From a virus (taxonomy: Duplodnaviria; Caudoviricetes): a DNA stretch of 40,282 nucleotides. The position numbers were made by a program, and so were the translations under genes. Below, piece after piece: positions 36,365-40,282 of this stretch (position 1 is its first letter; each line of letters starts with the position of its first letter). Location of the stretch: positions 1 to 40,282 of the IMG/VR virus record IMGVR_UViG_3300046779_000420; one strand, 5' to 3'. The notes under the pieces were generated by a model. The model was not told the origin of the DNA. It saw nothing but the letters and a program-made list of their open reading frames with translations, and did not search any database.

Positions 36365-36733
36365 ATGGCAGATTATCCAGTATTTGATGAACTTAAATTT
36401 GAAAGTCATACACTACGAGAAACAGGAAAAAACTCTGATGGTAACTCTAGAGTTTCCACTTCTTTCAACAAAGATGTAGAAGATATTATGTCCGAACTTT
36501 CTTTCTTACTGATTAGTAAGCATCAAGATTACGGACCAAAGAATATATCTGAAGCACCTGGTGGTGCTATCAATGGATTGCTTGTGCGTATGCACGACAA
36601 GATGGCACGATTAAAGAACTTGCATTACAACAATAAGTCTGCTAACTATGAATCAATTGAAGATACATATAAAGACTTGGCTAACTACGCCGTCATTGCA
36701 TTGATGGTGCTAAGAGATAAATGGGATAAGTGA
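36365..36733 (+). CDS. DUF1599 / nucleotide-modification-associated all-alpha protein (start may be 36488)
   Basis: KHQDYG, VRMHDKMARL, ESIEDTYKDLANYA motifs. Confidence 0.75.
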   Translation: MADYPVFDELKFESHTLRETGKNSDGNSRVSTSFNKDVEDIMSELSFLLISKHQDYGPKNISEAPGGAINGLLVRMHDKMARLKNLHYNNKSANYESIEDTYKDLANYAVIALMVLRDKWDK

Positions 36734-37227
36734 TAATTCAACTAACCAAAGATGAAGTTCGTGTCTGCACTCTGCTTGCGGTAGAGCGTTGGCTCACCAA
36801 GTTTGGTTCGGTTGACCGACCTAACTATGCAGCAGGTAAAAGACTAGGTAAGTTAGAGCCAGAGATTAACGCTAACATCAGAGCGAATGTTGCTGAGTGG
36901 GCAGTGGCTAGAACATACAACCTACAATGGTCGGTCCCCTGGTATCCTAATGAATACCACAAGCAACGCAAGAATATATCTGATGTCGGAGACTTAGAGA
37001 TACGAACCGTTCGCACCCAAGATTCAATTCCATTCTGGAAAAAAGATATTGGTAGAACAATTGTTGGTGTTAAAGTTTTAGATGAGGAGTATTATTCTCA
37101 AGTAGAAATTTATGGCTCATTCAAAGCAGATGATTATATGAACGACAACTATTACAAAGCAGACATAGACGGATGGCGAGTGCCGATTGAGCAGATAAAA
37201 GGTATTGAAGCGGATGAATTGGGATGA
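36730..37227 (+). CDS. Hypothetical protein (possible degenerate PD-(D/E)XK fold)
   Basis: AEWAVA...SDVGDLEIRT pattern. Confidence 0.6.
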   Translation: MIIQLTKDEVRVCTLLAVERWLTKFGSVDRPNYAAGKRLGKLEPEINANIRANVAEWAVARTYNLQWSVPWYPNEYHKQRKNISDVGDLEIRTVRTQDSIPFWKKDIGRTIVGVKVLDEEYYSQVEIYGSFKADDYMNDNYYKADIDGWRVPIEQIKGIEADELG

Positions 37228-37867
37228 AGTAAAGAAGTGGGAATACATTGTAGATAGTGTTGCCATTGAATACCATAGGAAGTTTGATATGGTAGAAGTC
37301 TCTGACCTAAGACAGAACCTCTGGCTTTGGTTTGCTGAACATCCTAACAAACTTAAAGATTGGGTTGCTATCGGTGAACGAGATGCAAAGAACTTAATCT
37401 ATAAATCTTTACGCAACCAAGCAATTGATTACTGCCAGAAGTGGAAAGCAAAAACTATTGGTTATGATACAGGCGACTTGTATTACTATGCGCCTGAAGT
37501 GGTAGAAGCAATTCTCCCTGCGGTCTTACGACAAGAGTATGGTGTTCAACATAAACTAAACTTAGGTCGTATCGGTAGACCCACCGCTCCATCTGAGGGT
37601 GGCAATATGATGGTGCTTATGCTTGAGATAGACTACGCATATTGGAAACTATCTAAAGAAGATAGAAAGATTATCTTTATGAAGCACGCTCAGACTTTAG
37701 ACTTCAAAGAGATAGCAAACCTATTGAGTTTAGGCTCAGAAGATAGTGCTCGTATGCGTCACAGACGCGCTATCAATAGGTTAATTCGTAGGTTGGGTGG
37801 GCATAAGCCATACATTGACCACGATACGGAAGCCTCCGCTCCCCCTGACGAAGAGGATGATTACTAA
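37205..37867 (+). CDS. RNA polymerase sigma-like factor (ECF type, regions 2 and 4)
   Basis: DLRQNLWLWF, LRNQAIDY, LSKEDRKII...DFKEIANLL...ARMRHRRAINRL; start may be ATG 37214. Confidence 0.8.
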   Translation: MKRMNWDEVKKWEYIVDSVAIEYHRKFDMVEVSDLRQNLWLWFAEHPNKLKDWVAIGERDAKNLIYKSLRNQAIDYCQKWKAKTIGYDTGDLYYYAPEVVEAILPAVLRQEYGVQHKLNLGRIGRPTAPSEGGNMMVLMLEIDYAYWKLSKEDRKIIFMKHAQTLDFKEIANLLSLGSEDSARMRHRRAINRLIRRLGGHKPYIDHDTEASAPPDEEDDY

Positions 37868-37960
37868 ACTTTACATTTATTGCAGTAAGGTTTACCACCG
37901 CGCTTCGCGCCTCGTCTTTCAAATACTTCCTTGCACTTTGGACATACTAGTTCAATCATC

Positions 37961-38131
37961 TTATCCCCCTGTTGAATAAAACCCAGAGCCTTTGAAATGC
38001 ACAGGGTTCGCTGTATAAATTCTGGTCATAGGTGCGCCACAAGTTTCGCACATTGGTTGTTCGTGTCCAACAGGTAGTTGTAACTCCTGTCTTATCCCCT
38101 CACCTGGACACTCGTAGTCATACGTTGGCAC
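37961..38131 (-). CDS. FmdB-family zinc-ribbon protein
   Basis: (M)PTYDYEC...CETCG...FKGSGFYST; GTG start with AGGAG RBS. Confidence 0.8.
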   Translation of the reverse strand: MPTYDYECPGEGIRQELQLPVGHEQPMCETCGAPMTRIYTANPVHFKGSGFYSTGG

Positions 38132-38307
38132 TATATCTCCTCGTCTATTGGTGTAGGTGCGGTGGCTATTGCGCCACATACAATACAAGTTTGCTTAAGG
38201 TCATACCAACCTACCGCCCTTGTCTCTGTATCCCACATAACATTTAGTTGCCACATCTTGCTACCGCATACGCATACCATTACAGGTTTGCCTTGTAAAT
38301 CTAACAT
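38131..38307 (-). CDS. Small zinc-ribbon protein
   Basis: CVCG...CIVCG; TGATG coupling. Confidence 0.7.
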   Translation of the reverse strand: MLDLQGKPVMVCVCGSKMWQLNVMWDTETRAVGWYDLKQTCIVCGAIATAPTPIDEEI

Positions 38308-38732
38308 CAGTAATGTCCCGTTCTTAAATGGTAAACCCAAGCCTTGCAGGGAGACCCATTATAGCGGTGTTCAATATACTGATACGCTCTGAGTATCTGT
38401 ATCGCAGGGTCGCTTGATGTCTCACTTAAGACCTGACCAATACCATAAGCACTTGACTTAGGGTTATCTGCTAGGTGGTCAAACCTACTCTCTGCGGTAA
38501 ATAGTTTCTCAATGCAAGTCCAATGCTGACCACGCCAACCATAGCCAGCCCAAGCAAACTCCCTAGCCATATCTTTGTTGGCTTGTTTTTCTGCCATAGT
38601 TGCTTTCGTTCTTGCCTTGATAATCGGTATCTTTATGGGGATAATTTTTTCTGGCGTTTCTATTAAGGGTGCTGACCACACCCAAATCAACGCCACAATA
38701 AATGCAATTACCATTGGCTTTCGTTCTTGCAT
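38307..38732 (-). CDS. Membrane-anchored lytic transglycosylase (SLT-like, actinobacterial type)
   Basis: N-terminal TM; C...ESRF...NPKSSAYGIGQ...YIEHRY..PCKAW. Confidence 0.85.
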   Translation of the reverse strand: MQERKPMVIAFIVALIWVWSAPLIETPEKIIPIKIPIIKARTKATMAEKQANKDMAREFAWAGYGWRGQHWTCIEKLFTAESRFDHLADNPKSSAYGIGQVLSETSSDPAIQILRAYQYIEHRYNGSPCKAWVYHLRTGHY

Positions 38733-39091
38733 TAAACACCTGAGTTTCTTCTTCTGCTTAGTCTGTTTAAGCCAGCCTTGAGCCAGCGTTCGTTGTAGTA
38801 GCGGTCATTGGCACGCTTACCTAACATTCTGCGTCTATCTGAGAACAACATACCGCCCCAAATACTACCAGCGTGTAGGTTATCAGTCTTAAGCCCCTCT
38901 GCGAGGCACTCTTTACGGACGGGACACGCCGAACAATACTCAAGTGCTACCGATACACGCAGGATAGTCTCTGCTCGTTCGTCAGGTTGGCTAGGTAATG
39001 GGTAGTCATACCACCATAGGTTAGGGTCATAGTGTCGCTGGCACTCTGCGTCCTTATGCCAAGTCGGTAACTTCTCTACGCTATCAAACAT
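38732..39091 (-). CDS. whiB: WhiB-family transcription factor
   Basis: AEC...CSACPVRKECL (four Cys) and GSIWGG turn, basic tail. Confidence 0.88.
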   Translation of the reverse strand: MFDSVEKLPTWHKDAECQRHYDPNLWWYDYPLPSQPDERAETILRVSVALEYCSACPVRKECLAEGLKTDNLHAGSIWGGMLFSDRRRMLGKRANDRYYNERWLKAGLNRLSRRRNSGV

Positions 39092-39178
39092 TTCTATACT
39101 TCCAATTCTCCCAATAGAATTTTAATTTGGTTCGGTATCTAATCAGTAAAGCCACCGCAACCACTAAGGTTGCTATGC

Positions 39179-39406
39179 TCACTTAACCAACTTTAAGTTA
39201 CTTGTCGGTAATATATTAACTGCATTACCCCAAGTGGTATCTGTGAATTGTTTCTTAGAATAACTTTGGTTCTCGTATAGCCACTCGTCTTGCGCCAGCA
39301 ATGACCAATTCTGGAAGTCTTCTGGTATCACAATGGTATCATCTAAGAATACATTGACCACTTCAACACCCTTAAATTCGTAGGTTACTTGATATACCTT
39401 GCTCAC
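39179..39406 (-). CDS. Hypothetical protein
   Basis: GTG start with AAGGAG RBS. Confidence 0.65.
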   Translation of the reverse strand: MSKVYQVTYEFKGVEVVNVFLDDTIVIPEDFQNWSLLAQDEWLYENQSYSKKQFTDTTWGNAVNILPTSNLKLVK

Positions 39407-39543
39407 ATTATGCTCCTTACCATTTGCTCATCTTCACAACTGCCACATATGCCACGCCATATCTCATCAAGCGGGGTGTTATGCCCACAACTACGGCAAG
39501 GCACGCACTCGCACTCATCATCTAGTTCGCACGCTTCACACAT
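39403..39543 (-). CDS. Small Cys-rich protein (46 aa)
   Basis: Translated by hand MCEACELDDECECVPCRSCG...CGSCED; overlaps both neighbours. Confidence 0.6.
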   Translation of the reverse strand: MCEACELDDECECVPCRSCGHNTPLDEIWRGICGSCEDEQMVRSIM

Positions 39544-39829
39544 TGGCTTGCTCTTCTCTCACTCGCTCTAAGTATGCGTCCATTGCTAGGTTAGCGTGCA
39601 ACTTCTCGCTCTCTTCTTGTTCTATCTCTGCGTCTGCGTCTCCTACTAGGTCGGCTACTGCATTTACAAATTGCACATCAACGTATTTGTCGTTATCAAA
39701 TAGTTCTACTGCTCGTTGCCATACTCCCGCCTTAGTTTCAAAGGCTTCCGACCCTATCCATACCGCCATAATCTCCTGCTCAGGGTCGTAGGTTTGGTAT
39801 AGCAACTCAACCACTCGTCTAACTTTCAT
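39536..39829 (-). CDS. Hypothetical protein, paralog of 39948-40178
   Basis: MKV..V.ELL...Y...W...WQ.AV..FD shared pattern. Confidence 0.7.
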   Translation of the reverse strand: MKVRRVVELLYQTYDPEQEIMAVWIGSEAFETKAGVWQRAVELFDNDKYVDVQFVNAVADLVGDADAEIEQEESEKLHANLAMDAYLERVREEQANV

Positions 39830-39948
39830 TTCATTTCTCCTATCTCAAACGAATATAAATCTTCATCACACTTCGGACATTGTGCATAGTATCCGCGTGT
39901 TACTTCTTCAAACGATACTTCTTCGTGGCATTTGTTATGCACTTTCAT
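39826..39948 (-). CDS. Small zinc-ribbon protein (40 aa)
   Basis: Translated by hand MKVHNKC...QCPKCDEDLYSFE; coupled at both ends. Confidence 0.6.
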   Translation of the reverse strand: MKVHNKCHEEVSFEEVTRGYYAQCPKCDEDLYSFEIGEMK

Positions 39949-40178
39949 TACTCTTCCCCCATTACTTTACCCTTAGCAACTACCACTAGAGAGTGGCACT
40001 CGTCATTGAAGTCTTGCAAATCTGCGCGGTCAAATACTCGCACCGCTTCTTGCCATATCTCATTAGGTAGTTCTTTATCTAAGATGAATTCGTATTGTGT
40101 CTTGTCGTTCCACGCTATCATCAGTTCATCTTCGTCTGAATATGCGCTGAGTAATTCTTTTACCTGTGATACTTTCAT
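39948..40178 (-). CDS. Hypothetical protein, paralog of 39536-39829
   Basis: Shared pattern as above; TAATG coupling. Confidence 0.7.
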   Translation of the reverse strand: MKVSQVKELLSAYSDEDELMIAWNDKTQYEFILDKELPNEIWQEAVRVFDRADLQDFNDECHSLVVVAKGKVMGEE

Positions 40179-40282
40179 TAGTTGTCTTCGCTTTCCGTTG
40201 CTTCTACTTCACCAATATCTTCTAATTCAAATACGAAATCTCCAAGTTCATCAGAAATTCTAGGGAACATCTCATTTAATAC
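40178..40282 (-). CDS. Partial acidic ORF, truncated by the window edge
   Basis: Open frame VLNEMFPRISDELGDF...EDN* coupled to the next gene. Confidence 0.5.
   Translation of the reverse strand, partial: VLNEMFPRISDELGDFVFELEDIGEVEATESEDN

Noticed and set aside
40178-40282. Circular closure of the window (end joined to start)
   Set aside because: Joining position 1 to 40282 on the minus strand gives no in-frame start for the terminal ORF, so some sequence is probably missing

Overview
Near-complete (~40 kb) genome of a tailed dsDNA phage, most likely a podovirus-like lytic phage of an actinobacterium (it encodes WhiB and an actinobacterial-type lytic transglycosylase and carries CRP/GlxR-type boxes). 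No integrase, DNA polymerase or tape-measure gene is recognisable. Layout: (i) small early genes on the minus strand (1-2298 and 37961-40282), (ii) an AT-rich, palindrome-rich control region (2300-3040) followed by an unidentified structured RNA and an atypical tRNA-Arg(ACG), (iii) a plus-strand structural operon (terminase with N-terminal HTH, portal, Ntn/proteasome-beta-like peptidase, large putative ejection proteins, scaffold, capsid, basic mini-proteins, tail proteins, glycosyltransferase, CHAP lysin and holins; 3315-31617), (iv) a replication/transcription module (split Cas4-like nuclease, helicase, resolvase, split primase, sigma-like factor; 31937-37867). Most notable observations: a type II hammerhead ribozyme with a pseudoknot at 1770-1836 (-), flanked in the neighbouring intergenic gaps by two covarying copies of an unknown two-hairpin RNA motif; nine tandem tail-associated paralogs ordered strictly (A-B-C)x3; and several further structured RNAs, including a pseudoknot that can hide a Shine-Dalgarno sequence. 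All calls come from reading the sequence by eye; no searches were run.
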